Origin: Deltaproteobacteria bacterium
GTDB taxonomy: Bacteria > Myxococcota_A > UBA9160 > UBA4427
NCBI GenBank assembly: GCA_019310385.1
Contig: JAFDEK010000014.1
Span: 833-64,832 of the forward strand
DNA length: 64,000 bases
Reading direction: 5' to 3'
The notes under the pieces were generated by a model that was given only the letters and a program-made list of their open reading frames with translations, was not told the DNA's origin and did no database searches. Both the position numbers and the translations under genes were made by a program. This document shows positions 47,366-56,354 of this stretch, in pieces. Positions within the stretch are counted from its first letter, which is position 1. Each line of letters opens with the position of its first letter.

Positions 47366-49099
47366 CTACTCCGCCACTGGGAGATGGATCGAGAAGGTCG
47401 CGCCGTCGCCGGGCTTGCTGCGAACGTCGATGCGGCCGCCACATTGCTGCACCGCGTTGTACACGATGGAGAGCCCGAGCCCTGTTCCCTGACCCTGCTT
47501 GGTGGTGTAGAAGGGTTCGAAGAGTCGGGACAGGGTCTCGTCGTCCATGCCACATCCGACGTCGCACACCTGCAGCTCGACGAAGCGGCCCTGGGGCCGG
47601 ACCCCGTGGCGCCGTCTCTCGCTGAAACCCGGATCCTGCATCGCCGTCGAGACGCGCACCGCTCCGCCTTCGGGCATGGCGCCGCTGGCGTTCACGACGA
47701 GATTGATCAGGATCTGCTCGAGCAGGGTCGGATCGCCGACGACCGGCGGCAGGTCGGGGGCGAGCTCGAGCTCGAGCTGGGTGTGTTCCTCGAGCAACCG
47801 CCGGAGCAGCTCCTCGAGGGTCTCGATGGTTTCGTTGAGGTCGACGGATCGGTGGCCCGCACGGGGCGGACGGCTGAAGTCGAGCAGCTGGCCGGTGAGC
47901 TTGGCCGCGCGCTCGGCGGCCCCCCGGATCTCGCTGACGTCGTCGCGGATCGCCTGGCCTTGGGGAAGCTCTTCCAGGAGTGCCTGGCTGAAGCCCAGGA
48001 TGACGGTAAGGAGGTTGTTGAAATCGTGGGCGATGCCGCTGGCCAGGCGTCCAACCGCCTCCATCTTCTGGGACTGGAGAAGCCGGGCGCGGCTATGCTG
48101 GAGCTCCTCCTCGGCGTGTTTGCGCTGAAGGGCGCTCGAGAAGATCCGCGCCACGAGGCGAAGCGGGTCGATCTCCAGCTCGCTCCAGCCGAGCTTCCGG
48201 CCCTCGCGCTCGAAACAGAGGTAGCCGATCAGGCGCTTGCCCGATCGTACCGGGATCCCGAGGAGCGAGCCGACGCCGCGAGCCTCCAGGTCTCGCGCCT
48301 CGGGCTCCGCGTCGTCGGGAAGCGCCCCGACGTCCGGAATGTGCAGGGTCTGGCCCTGCCGAATGATGTCGAAGGACCAGGTGAGCTTGCGCGTCTGCTG
48401 GCGGTTGATTACCGGGGGCGCGATGGCAGAACCCGGCGCCTGCCAGGCGTAGACCTGATGCTCGTAGGGTGGCTCCGATTTCATCGTGACGAGGTATGCG
48501 CGGCTGGCTGCGGCCATGGTGGCCGCCGATTCGACTCCGGCCAGCATGGCCTCTCCGAGATCTTCCGCCGAGTGGTCGAGAAAGCGCCGCGCCAGCTCGG
48601 AAATCGTGTGTTCCACGTCGCGCTGGCGTTCCAGGGTCTTCGCGAGCGCGTGGCTCCCGCCGCTGACGTCGTGGATGAGGCCCTCGAAGGCGACGACCCG
48701 GCCCTGCCGATCCAGCACGGGCTCGCCTTCTTCCCGGAGCCAGCTTTCTCCATCGCGCTTCGCATGCGCGCGGTAGCGGACCTCGTAGCCGCTGTACTGG
48801 CTCGCTGCGTTTTCGAGGGCGCGAGTCAGGCACTCGCGGTCGCTCGCATGCACGAGCTCCGCAAAATCGCTGAGCTGCGAGGGGCCCGGGGCCACGACGC
48901 CGAGGCGCCGCCAGACCTTTTCGCCGCCCCAGGCCGCTTGGAGGCTCGCACCCTCGCCCGCAGCCCGGCGAAACGCAATGGCGGGCAGGCGCCCATCCAG
49001 CTGGCTGAAGGGAAGCGAAGCGCCGGCCTCGTCGGAATCACGCGATCCGGAATCACGCGATAGGATGTCGACCTTCTCTAGCGGGGCGCCCTGGCTCAT
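47366..49099 (-). CDS. Cytoplasmic PAS-GAF sensor histidine kinase
   Basis: PAS/PAC (VHASDRE..W), GAF, H-box GIAHDFNNLL, NLVVNA, FEPFYTTK, GTGLGL; no receiver domain. Confidence 0.9.
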   Translation of the reverse strand: MSQGAPLEKVDILSRDSGSRDSDEAGASLPFSQLDGRLPAIAFRRAAGEGASLQAAWGGEKVWRRLGVVAPGPSQLSDFAELVHASDRECLTRALENAASQYSGYEVRYRAHAKRDGESWLREEGEPVLDRQGRVVAFEGLIHDVSGGSHALAKTLERQRDVEHTISELARRFLDHSAEDLGEAMLAGVESAATMAAASRAYLVTMKSEPPYEHQVYAWQAPGSAIAPPVINRQQTRKLTWSFDIIRQGQTLHIPDVGALPDDAEPEARDLEARGVGSLLGIPVRSGKRLIGYLCFEREGRKLGWSELEIDPLRLVARIFSSALQRKHAEEELQHSRARLLQSQKMEAVGRLASGIAHDFNNLLTVILGFSQALLEELPQGQAIRDDVSEIRGAAERAAKLTGQLLDFSRPPRAGHRSVDLNETIETLEELLRRLLEEHTQLELELAPDLPPVVGDPTLLEQILINLVVNASGAMPEGGAVRVSTAMQDPGFSERRRHGVRPQGRFVELQVCDVGCGMDDETLSRLFEPFYTTKQGQGTGLGLSIVYNAVQQCGGRIDVRSKPGDGATFSIHLPVAE

Positions 49100-49232
49100 C
49101 CAAAGGGATATCGGTCACTTGAATTCGCGAGCGGAGCCTCCTGCGTGGTGAATTCGCGCGAAGCGGCGGCGCCCGTCCCGCCTGCGTGAAGGTCGTCCGC
49201 TCTCGCTGGAATGCGCCTGTCCGGGTGCCCAG

Positions 49233-50579
49233 TCAGCCTTCTGCGAAAGTCCGCAGGATGAACCAGTAGAGGCCCAGGCCGCAGATTGCCGCGGAGGCGA
49301 TCTGCGAGGTCAGTCGATACCAGCGTCCTTCCGAAAGCCGCCTCGCTAGCTGCAGCAAGGGCCAGGCCAGCGCCACTACGGCGAGCTGGCCCACCTCGAC
49401 CCCGAGGTTGAAGCCGAAGAGGGCCGGCGCGAGGCGGGACGTGGGCAGCGACATCTCGGCGAGCACGCCCGCAAAGCCGAAGCCGTGCACGAGCCCGAAA
49501 GCGAAGGCCAGGGAGGTGCGAACCCGCGTGGGGCGGAGCGTGCGCGCGAGCAGCTGGAAGTGACACAGCGAGAAAAGGGAGAGACCCAAGAGGGTCGCGA
49601 CAGAGAGAACGCCATGACCGGCGAAGGCCAGCGCGCAGAGCAGGAGCAGGCCAAGGAGCGAAGCCGCGACGATGCGCGGGTCGCGTCCCGAGAGCAGCCA
49701 GCCGTTCTCCGCGGCGATCAGGGCCACGGAGAAGCCGATCACGGCTTCCACCGCCGCGGCCTCCGGATGCAGGAGCCCGAGCACGGCGAGGCCCAGGGTG
49801 ATGCTGTGGGCGATGGTGAAGCCCGTCACCAGGCCTGCGACCTGGCCCAGGCTTCCGGCAAGGAGCAGCAGCGCGAGGACGAAGGCCAGGTGGTCGTAGC
49901 CCGTGAGAATGTGCTCGATGCCGAGGAGGAGATACTGGTAGAAGGAGCTACCGGTGGGCTCCACGACGCCAGGGCTGCCATCGATCGCCTCGCCGCCCCA
50001 CCCGCCCAGCTTCCAGACTGGGGCGGCTTCGGTGAGCACGCGTTCCAGTCCGGTCGCTTCGCCACCGGCTCCGTCGTCACCAGCTCTGTCTTCACCGGCC
50101 CCGTCGCCACTGGCCCTGTCGCCCGAGGACACCCGTGCAAAGTGGAGATGGGACGGGGCGACGTCCAGGAAGATGCGGCTCTCGATGGCGCGCTCGCCGC
50201 TGGCCCGGCAATCCAGCCGCCATTGAAAGGCGATCCAACCCTCCGCTGCGGGACGGGGCGTTGGCGGTGCAGCCGGAGAGCAGAGCTCGTCGTCGACTCG
50301 CAGCCCAAGCCGGCTCAGCAGATAGCGAGCGATGTTGCTGGACGGTCCAGGCGCCGAAGGGCGTGCGGCCTCGGCGCCGGTCAGTGGAAGCCGCGTGAAG
50401 TCGAGGCGCGAGACCCGCACGCTCACTTCCGCGCCCGCTTCGTCGAACTCCCAGCTCGAGTAGGAGATGCTGCGGCCGTGGGCATGGCTCGGCGCGGGTG
50501 CCGCGGCAATGTGCGCGAGGCCGAGCGCGAGCGCGATCATCGCGGACGCGCAGGAGGGTGCCAACCTCACCCCTCTCAT
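49233..50579 (-). CDS. HupE/UreJ-family membrane protein with periplasmic N-terminal domain
   Basis: Signal peptide ending AHG; GIEHILTGYDHLAF, FTIAHSITL, FGLVHGFGFA, FNLGVEVGQ. Confidence 0.9.
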   Translation of the reverse strand: MRGVRLAPSCASAMIALALGLAHIAAAPAPSHAHGRSISYSSWEFDEAGAEVSVRVSRLDFTRLPLTGAEAARPSAPGPSSNIARYLLSRLGLRVDDELCSPAAPPTPRPAAEGWIAFQWRLDCRASGERAIESRIFLDVAPSHLHFARVSSGDRASGDGAGEDRAGDDGAGGEATGLERVLTEAAPVWKLGGWGGEAIDGSPGVVEPTGSSFYQYLLLGIEHILTGYDHLAFVLALLLLAGSLGQVAGLVTGFTIAHSITLGLAVLGLLHPEAAAVEAVIGFSVALIAAENGWLLSGRDPRIVAASLLGLLLLCALAFAGHGVLSVATLLGLSLFSLCHFQLLARTLRPTRVRTSLAFAFGLVHGFGFAGVLAEMSLPTSRLAPALFGFNLGVEVGQLAVVALAWPLLQLARRLSEGRWYRLTSQIASAAICGLGLYWFILRTFAEG

Positions 50580-50857
50580 CGGCTCACCGGGTCGACCATG
50601 GAACTCTCGTTGCCATCGCTCTTCGTCGTCATGTGGGCGCGGGCCTATTGTTCACCACGCCGACCCATTTGTCGCCGGTCCATTCGCAAGAGTGGGGCGC
50701 CCACCCATCAGGGTGGCGGGGTCCGTAGACCGGCAAAACCCATGCTGCGGAGCCAGTTCGAGGTGAGATTTCAGGAGTTGAGAGCGACTTTTCGATAGTT
50801 GGGGAAGACAGACTTGCGCGATCTCGAATCTGGGCTATATTTGTAAGATCGTCACCG

Positions 50858-50886
50858 AAAAAGCCCGCCAACCCGGCGGGCTTTTC
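50858..50886. terminator. Bidirectional intrinsic terminator
   Basis: AAAAAGCCCGCC-AACCC-GGCGGGCTTTT with T-tracts on both strands. Confidence 0.85.
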
Positions 50887-50891
50887 TCGTT

Positions 50892-51197
50892 CTAGGATTC
50901 GGAATCGGAGGCGATGAGGCGGCCGTGCTGTAGGCCGTTACGAAACTCCGCCTGCACGCGCTTCAGGCCGTTCGCGTACCAGCGTGTCCAGACGCCGACC
51001 CGCAGCCCTTCTCGGAACTCGCCCGCTGCGGAAGGTCGCCCGTTGTCGTGCCACTCCGCGTACCAGCCGTGCTTGAGTCCGGCGCGTTCGCTCGTGAGCT
51101 CGCACCACTCCTCGAAGGCCGCCGGCGGCGGGGCTCCCCTGCGTTGGGTACCCGCAGGGCAGTCCGGGCTGAGGCGGGCTCGTCTCTCCGCGCGGTA
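50892..51197 (-). pseudogene. 5'-truncated MORN-variant repeat (YwqK-like) gene remnant
   Basis: Frame reads PDCPAGTQRRGAPPPAAFEEWCE..KHGWYAEWHDNG..GEFREGLRVGVWTRWYANG..EFRNGLQHG-stop; in-frame TAA upstream and no start codon for the N-terminal part. Confidence 0.7.
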
Positions 51198-51301
51198 TTA
51201 ATGCGAACGTGTTCGAATTAAAAAATGAAGTCCGCAGGGCGCCTGGTGTCTTCACTCGCTTGAAGGGCTGGGGTCGGTCGAGCTGTGATTGCGATTTTCT
51301 C

Positions 51302-51359
51302 TTGAAATCGAAATCCATTTTCGATAAAACCTGAAGTTCTTAATGAAAATGGTTTTCAT
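51302..51359 (+). promoter_or_regulatory. Sigma70 promoter overlapped by tandem Fur-box-like operators
   Basis: TTGAAA-N17-TAAAAC (51302-51330); ATGAAAATGGTTTTCAT (51343-51359) and TCGAAATCCATTTTCGA (51308-51324) resemble the deltaproteobacterial Fur consensus WTGAAAATGATTTTCAW. Confidence 0.8.
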
Positions 51360-51435
51360 TTCCTGTCGAGTTCCATCGCGCTCCTCGCCCTGACCGGTCG
51401 CGGAGCGTATCGAGCACGATTCCGAGGAGACGAGC

Positions 51436-52749
51436 ATGATGACGAGAAGCACCGCCCGAATTGGGCTGGTGGTCTTTGCGGTAATGGCCCTGGCGGGGCC
51501 AACCGTGGCGAGGGGCGGCGACGCCACGAACGACGCGAAGATCGAGAAGCTCGAGGAGCAGCTCGCGGTGCTCGCCGAGGAGATCGACAAGCTCCGCAAA
51601 GAGGAGGCGGTCCCGGAGAAGAAGCCGCTCGTGAGTGAGTGGGGCCTCGGTCCGGCGGCCTCGAAGGTCTACCAGAAGGAGCGCGGCGTCTCCATCGGCG
51701 GCTACGGCGAGATCGCCTTCCGGGGCTTCCTCGACGACTCGGCGCCCGACGGCAAGAACAACGTCTTCGACGCCGTGCGCGCCGTCCTCTACGCCGGCTA
51801 CAAGTTCAACGACAACTGGGTCGTCAACGGCGAGTTCGAGTTCGAGCACGCCGGCACCGGCGGCGGCGGCTCGGTCTCGGTCGAATTCCTGACCCTCGAC
51901 TTCCTCTGGAAGGACCCGCTCAACCTGCGCGGGGGCCTGCTGCTGATCCCCATGGGCTTCATCAACGAAATGCACGAGCCCACGACCTTCTACAGTGTGC
52001 AGCGACCGGAGACGGAGCGGCGCATCATCCCCAGCACCTGGCGCGAGAACGGCGTGGGCATCTTCGGCAGGTGGGGCGATCGGGTGACCTACCGCGCCTA
52101 CGCGGTCAACGGCCTGGACGGAACGGGCTTCGACGAGACCGGCCTGCGCGGCGGCCGCCAGAAGGGGAGCGAGGCCCTCGCCAACGATTGGGCGGGCGTC
52201 GGGCGAATCGATATCGACGTCTGGCGCGGCATCGAGTTCGGCGGCTCGGTCTACGCGGGGAACTCGGGGCAGAGTCAGTCGTTGAACGGCCTCGAGGTGC
52301 CCGACCTCTTCACCACGATCTGGGAGGTCCACACCCAGTGGGAGGGCTATGGCGCGAAGATCCGGGCCCTGTACAGCGAAGCCTACGTGACGGACACCGC
52401 CGCGTTCAATGTCATCAAGAACGTCGGCGTCCCCCCGGCCGACCAGGACTTCCTGGCCGAGACCATGAGGGGTGGCTACGTCGAGGCGGGCTATGACATC
52501 ATGCCGCTGATGCTCCCGGAGACGCGGATGTCACTGTCGCCCTTCCTTCGCTACGAGTACATCAACACCCAGGCCGAGATGGCCGCGGGCTTCGATCCCA
52601 ACGAGGCGCTGGTGCGGGACATCATCACGGCGGGCTTGAACTACAAGCCCATTCCGCAGGTCGTCGTCAAGCTCGACTACGAGAACACCATGCCGAAGGG
52701 CGAGGACGACATCCACGTGATCCAGTTTGGCCTGGGTTACGTCTTCTAG
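51436..52749 (+). CDS. Outer-membrane beta-barrel porin (OprO/P-like) with N-terminal coiled coil
   Basis: Signal peptide, KIEKLEEQLAVLAEEIDKL coil, amphipathic strands, EFEFEH and NEMHEP motifs, C-terminal GLGYVF beta-signal. Confidence 0.8.
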   Translation: MMTRSTARIGLVVFAVMALAGPTVARGGDATNDAKIEKLEEQLAVLAEEIDKLRKEEAVPEKKPLVSEWGLGPAASKVYQKERGVSIGGYGEIAFRGFLDDSAPDGKNNVFDAVRAVLYAGYKFNDNWVVNGEFEFEHAGTGGGGSVSVEFLTLDFLWKDPLNLRGGLLLIPMGFINEMHEPTTFYSVQRPETERRIIPSTWRENGVGIFGRWGDRVTYRAYAVNGLDGTGFDETGLRGGRQKGSEALANDWAGVGRIDIDVWRGIEFGGSVYAGNSGQSQSLNGLEVPDLFTTIWEVHTQWEGYGAKIRALYSEAYVTDTAAFNVIKNVGVPPADQDFLAETMRGGYVEAGYDIMPLMLPETRMSLSPFLRYEYINTQAEMAAGFDPNEALVRDIITAGLNYKPIPQVVVKLDYENTMPKGEDDIHVIQFGLGYVF

Positions 52750-53377
52750 CAGGAAGGCGGTCGCGGTCGCGGCCGTCGGTCTCGCGCTCGGCGGGCTCCT
52801 CCCGGAGCCCGCCAGCGCGAAGGTCTTCCTGAGCCAGGAGGAGGCGCTGACCCTCGCCTTCCCCGAGGCCGACCGCAGCGAGAAGCAAACCCACGTCCTG
52901 TCGCCGGAGCAGGTCGAGCGGATCCAACGCCGGGCGCGAGCCAGGCTCGAGTCCAAGCTCGTTAGCGTCCACAGCGGCTGGCGGGGCGAAGTGCTCCTCG
53001 GCTACGCCTTCATCGACGTACACCGGGTGCGTACGCAGGCGGAGGCGCTGCTCGTGGTTCTGGGACCGGCGGGCGAGCTGCGCTCGGTGCGGGTTCTCGC
53101 CTTTCACGAGCCCCTCGATTACCTTCCTTCCGATCGCTGGTATGGGCAGTTCGAGGGGAAGCCGTCCGACGATGCCTTCCGCGTCGGTCACGATGTCCAC
53201 GGCATCATGGGGGCCACGCTCTCGGCCCGCGCCACGGCGGACGCGGTGCGACGCTCGCTGGCGTTCTACGAGGTGCTGGTTCGAGGCGCCCAAGAGCCTT
53301 CGGTACACGACCAGCCGACGATCAGGAAGACAGACCAGGAAGACCGAGCAGAAAGAGAGACCAGGAAGAGCGAGTAG
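52727..53377 (+). CDS. Exported FMN-binding (flavinylation-target) domain protein
   Basis: Signal peptide ASA-K; HRVRTQ, LAFHEP.DY, QF.GK, GIMGATLS. Start uncertain. Confidence 0.78.
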   Translation: MAWVTSSSRKAVAVAAVGLALGGLLPEPASAKVFLSQEEALTLAFPEADRSEKQTHVLSPEQVERIQRRARARLESKLVSVHSGWRGEVLLGYAFIDVHRVRTQAEALLVVLGPAGELRSVRVLAFHEPLDYLPSDRWYGQFEGKPSDDAFRVGHDVHGIMGATLSARATADAVRRSLAFYEVLVRGAQEPSVHDQPTIRKTDQEDRAERETRKSE

Positions 53378-53398
53378 GAAGTCCGGGGGGTCTATCGC

Positions 53399-53935
53399 GT
53401 GCGCTTCGTCATCACCGGGGAGTGGGCGCGGAACCGTCTGCTCCAGACCATCGTGGTCCTCTACAGCGCCTACGTGGGCCTGCTCTGGATCACCAACGCG
53501 CTTCTCTACTTCCAGAAGATGAGCCTCGCTCCGGCCTCGGTGGTGGCCTACTACCTGGGCAATGAAGAGCAGTTCCTGCTCCCCCGCACCTACCAGGGGC
53601 TGCTCGAGGTCGCTCACTTCCATCTCTTCGCCATCGGGATGCTGCTGCTCGTCTTGACCCACCTCATGCTCTTTATTCCGGCCCGCCAGGGCCTCAAGGC
53701 CTGGCTCATCGCGCTGCCCTTCGTGTCGGGCATCATCAGCGAATCGGGGGGCTGGCTCGTGCGCTTCGTCAGCCCCCACTTCGCGCTGGTCAAGATCGGC
53801 GGCTTCCTGCTGCTCCAGACCAGCTTGCTCGTTCTCGTGCTCGTCTCGCTCTGGGCCACCTTCACGCCCGAGCAGGCGGTGAACTACATCGGGCCCCTCG
53901 ACGACGAGGACGACGAGGATGACGAGCTCGACTGA
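53399..53935 (+). CDS. Uncharacterised 4-TM membrane protein with HxH...H motif
   Basis: About four hydrophobic helices; EVAHFHLFAIGMLLLVLTH; acidic tail DDEDDEDDELD. Confidence 0.75.
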   Translation: MRFVITGEWARNRLLQTIVVLYSAYVGLLWITNALLYFQKMSLAPASVVAYYLGNEEQFLLPRTYQGLLEVAHFHLFAIGMLLLVLTHLMLFIPARQGLKAWLIALPFVSGIISESGGWLVRFVSPHFALVKIGGFLLLQTSLLVLVLVSLWATFTPEQAVNYIGPLDDEDDEDDELD

Positions 53936-54968
53936 TCCGCGGCACCGGGCGCGCGCTCTCGCGCTCCCCATCGTCGCGCTCATCGCCGCCGCCTGCTCGT
54001 CGACAGCGCCGACGGCGCCCTTCTCCCTGGTCAGCGACGGCCGCCCCTTGATGGGGACGGTGCTCGAGCTGAGCGTCGTCGCCCGGGACGCGGCCGCGGC
54101 CCGGGAGTGGATCGCCGACGCATTCGAAGAGGTGGGGCGACTCGAGGCGTTGCTCTCGCGCTTCGATGCCGAGAGCGACGTGAGTCGGCTGGGCCGGGCC
54201 GCGGGCCAGGGGTCGCTATCCGTGGACCCGGCGACCCGCGACCTGCTCGATCGGGCGCTGAAGGGAAGCGCCCTGACCGGGGGCGCCTTCGATCCCACCG
54301 TCGGCCCCCTGATCGAGCTGTGGGAGAGGACGGCGCGGGAGGGTCGCGTGCCTGCGCCCCGGGAGCTGGAGGCCGCGCGGGAGCGGGTCGGCGCCCAGCT
54401 CGTCCGGCTGCCCTCCGAGGCGAGCGCCGAGCTGCGGCGCGCCGGCATGTCCATCGATCTCGGCGGAATCGCGAAGGGCTACGCCCTCGACCGGCTCGCC
54501 ACGTCCCTGCGCGAGGCTGGCGCGAAGGGCGCTCTCTTGAGCTTCGGCCAGAGCAGCGCCTGGGCGCTCGGGTCGCCGCCCGACGCTCCGCGTTGGAAGC
54601 TGCTCCTACGCGCGCCTTCCGGCGGATGGGCGGGCGTGGTCGAGCTGCGCGATCAGGCCATGTCCATGTCGTCGAGTCTGGGACAGTGGAGCGAGATCGA
54701 GGGGCGGCGCTACGGCCACGTGGTGGACCCGCGCAGCGGGCGTCTCCTCGAGCGCGGCATCGAGGCCGCGGTGGTGGGTCCCGATGCGACCTGGGCCGAG
54801 ATCCTCAGCACGGCGTTGCTCGTGCTGGCAGAAGGAGACGGACTGGCGCTGATGGAAAGACTCGAAGGTTGCGAGGCGATGCTCATCGACGCGGAGGGTC
54901 GGGTGGCGATGACATCGGGCTGGGAGAGCGCTACCCGCTTCCGCGGCGTAGATCTACCGGCACAGTGA
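53919..54968 (+). CDS. apbE: FAD:protein FMN transferase (ApbE family), divergent paralogue
   Basis: Lipobox AAAC; MGT, GAFDPTVGPL..LW, DLGGIAKGY, HVVDPRSG. Confidence 0.88.
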   Translation: MTSSTDPRHRARALALPIVALIAAACSSTAPTAPFSLVSDGRPLMGTVLELSVVARDAAAAREWIADAFEEVGRLEALLSRFDAESDVSRLGRAAGQGSLSVDPATRDLLDRALKGSALTGGAFDPTVGPLIELWERTAREGRVPAPRELEAARERVGAQLVRLPSEASAELRRAGMSIDLGGIAKGYALDRLATSLREAGAKGALLSFGQSSAWALGSPPDAPRWKLLLRAPSGGWAGVVELRDQAMSMSSSLGQWSEIEGRRYGHVVDPRSGRLLERGIEAAVVGPDATWAEILSTALLVLAEGDGLALMERLEGCEAMLIDAEGRVAMTSGWESATRFRGVDLPAQ

Positions 54969-54974
54969 GGCGGG

Positions 54975-55166
54975 TCAGGACGCGCTTCCCTCGTGGGCCT
55001 CGTCTCGCTTCGTCGCGCAGGCCCTGCGGCGCTCCTCGCTGCACTCGCAGCCTTCTTCCGTGCCGCCACAGGAGCCTCTCAGACTGCGGCCCGTGGCGAT
55101 GACGCCGATCGCCATGATGCCGACGACGGCGAGGAAGAGGACGAGGGTTGCGAAGAAGGTCTCCAT
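54975..55166 (-). CDS. nqrM: Na+-NQR maturation factor NqrM
   Basis: Single TM, MAIGVI..GR.LRGSCGG..CEC; follows nqrF-apbE. Confidence 0.85.
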   Translation of the reverse strand: METFFATLVLFLAVVGIMAIGVIATGRSLRGSCGGTEEGCECSEERRRACATKRDEAHEGSAS

Positions 55167-55208
55167 GACGCCGTAGGATAGCGCCCCGGGTCTGCCCAGG
55201 GAAAGGGC

Positions 55209-56354
55209 TCAGTGATCCCTGTGGGTGTCGCCCGGCGTTCCCGGGCTCTCGCCGCCGACCGCGGCACCGAAGGCCGCCGTCGCGATGCTCCGGAAGCTGC
55301 CGTCGGGCTCGCGGACGATGAAGAGGGCGCCGAGGCCATGTTGCTCGGCGACCGCCAGGCCGCGTTGGAGCCCGAGAACGTTGAGAGCGGTTGCCAGTGC
55401 GTCGGCGCGCACGGCTTCGGGGTGCAGGATGCTCACCGAAGCGACGCCGTGGCGAATGGGCTCGCCCCGGCGCGGATCGATGGTGTGGGAGACGCGCTCG
55501 CCGCCGACTTCGTAGTAGTTACGGTAGTCGCCCGAGGTAGCGATCGCCGTGTCGCGCAGCTCGATGATTTCGTGGATGCTCCTGGCCGCGCCATCCTCGG
55601 GGCGCTCGATCGCGACCCTCCAGCCGCCGCCCTCCCGCTTGCGCCCCCGGGCGCGCAGCTCGCCCCCGACTTCGACGAGGAAGTTCTCGTAGCCGAGCTC
55701 CACCAGTCCCTCGGCTATCCGATCGACGCCATGGCCCTTGGCGATGGCGGAGAGATCGCAGGTGGTGTCGGGCTCGGTCTTGCGCAAGGTTCCCGCCACC
55801 TCGTCGAGCTCGATCTTCCAGTAGCCCACCCGCTCGCGCAGGGCGGCGAGCTCCGCCGTGGCGGGTGGCTCGGGCAGCCGGTCGGTGGCGCCGAAGCCCC
55901 ACGCCGCCACCAGGGGCGCCACGGTGACGTCGAAGGCTCCCCCGCTCAGGTCGCTGACCTCCCGCGCGGCGCGGAACACCGCCAGGGTCTGGGGCGAAAC
56001 CGCGAAGGGCTCGGTGGAGTGGTGGCGATTGAAGCGCGACAGCTCCGACTCGGGACGCCAGGTGGACATGAGGGCCTCCACCTCTTCGAGGCGCCCCTCG
56101 ATCTCGGCCGTGATGCGCGCCTGGGCCCCGGCCTCGAGGCTCTCCTCGGCGAGCTTCACCGACCAGGTGGTCCCCATGGTGGCGCCCGCGAACTCGAAGT
56201 AGGGCAACCCGGGCGCCGCACAGTGGAGGCGGTAGACCGAGAGTGCAAGGAGGCCCAGGATGCAGAGCGGAAGCGCCAGCTTCGCCCGGCCGCTCAAGCC
56301 GCCACCCGACCCTCTCTTTGCGGATCCGCGGCCGGAGTCAGCCGCCGAAGTCAT
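55209..56354 (-). CDS. apbE: FAD:protein FMN transferase ApbE (nqr-associated)
   Basis: [48 protein letters not shown]. Confidence 0.93.
   Translation of the reverse strand: MTSAADSGRGSAKRGSGGGLSGRAKLALPLCILGLLALSVYRLHCAAPGLPYFEFAGATMGTTWSVKLAEESLEAGAQARITAEIEGRLEEVEALMSTWRPESELSRFNRHHSTEPFAVSPQTLAVFRAAREVSDLSGGAFDVTVAPLVAAWGFGATDRLPEPPATAELAALRERVGYWKIELDEVAGTLRKTEPDTTCDLSAIAKGHGVDRIAEGLVELGYENFLVEVGGELRARGRKREGGGWRVAIERPEDGAARSIHEIIELRDTAIATSGDYRNYYEVGGERVSHTIDPRRGEPIRHGVASVSILHPEAVRADALATALNVLGLQRGLAVAEQHGLGALFIVREPDGSFRSIATAAFGAAVGGESPGTPGDTHRDH

Noticed and set aside
50700-50760. GGCAAAACCC as the start of a c-di-GMP-I riboswitch
   Set aside because: No GNRA tetraloop/receptor or second stem matching the GEMM motif.
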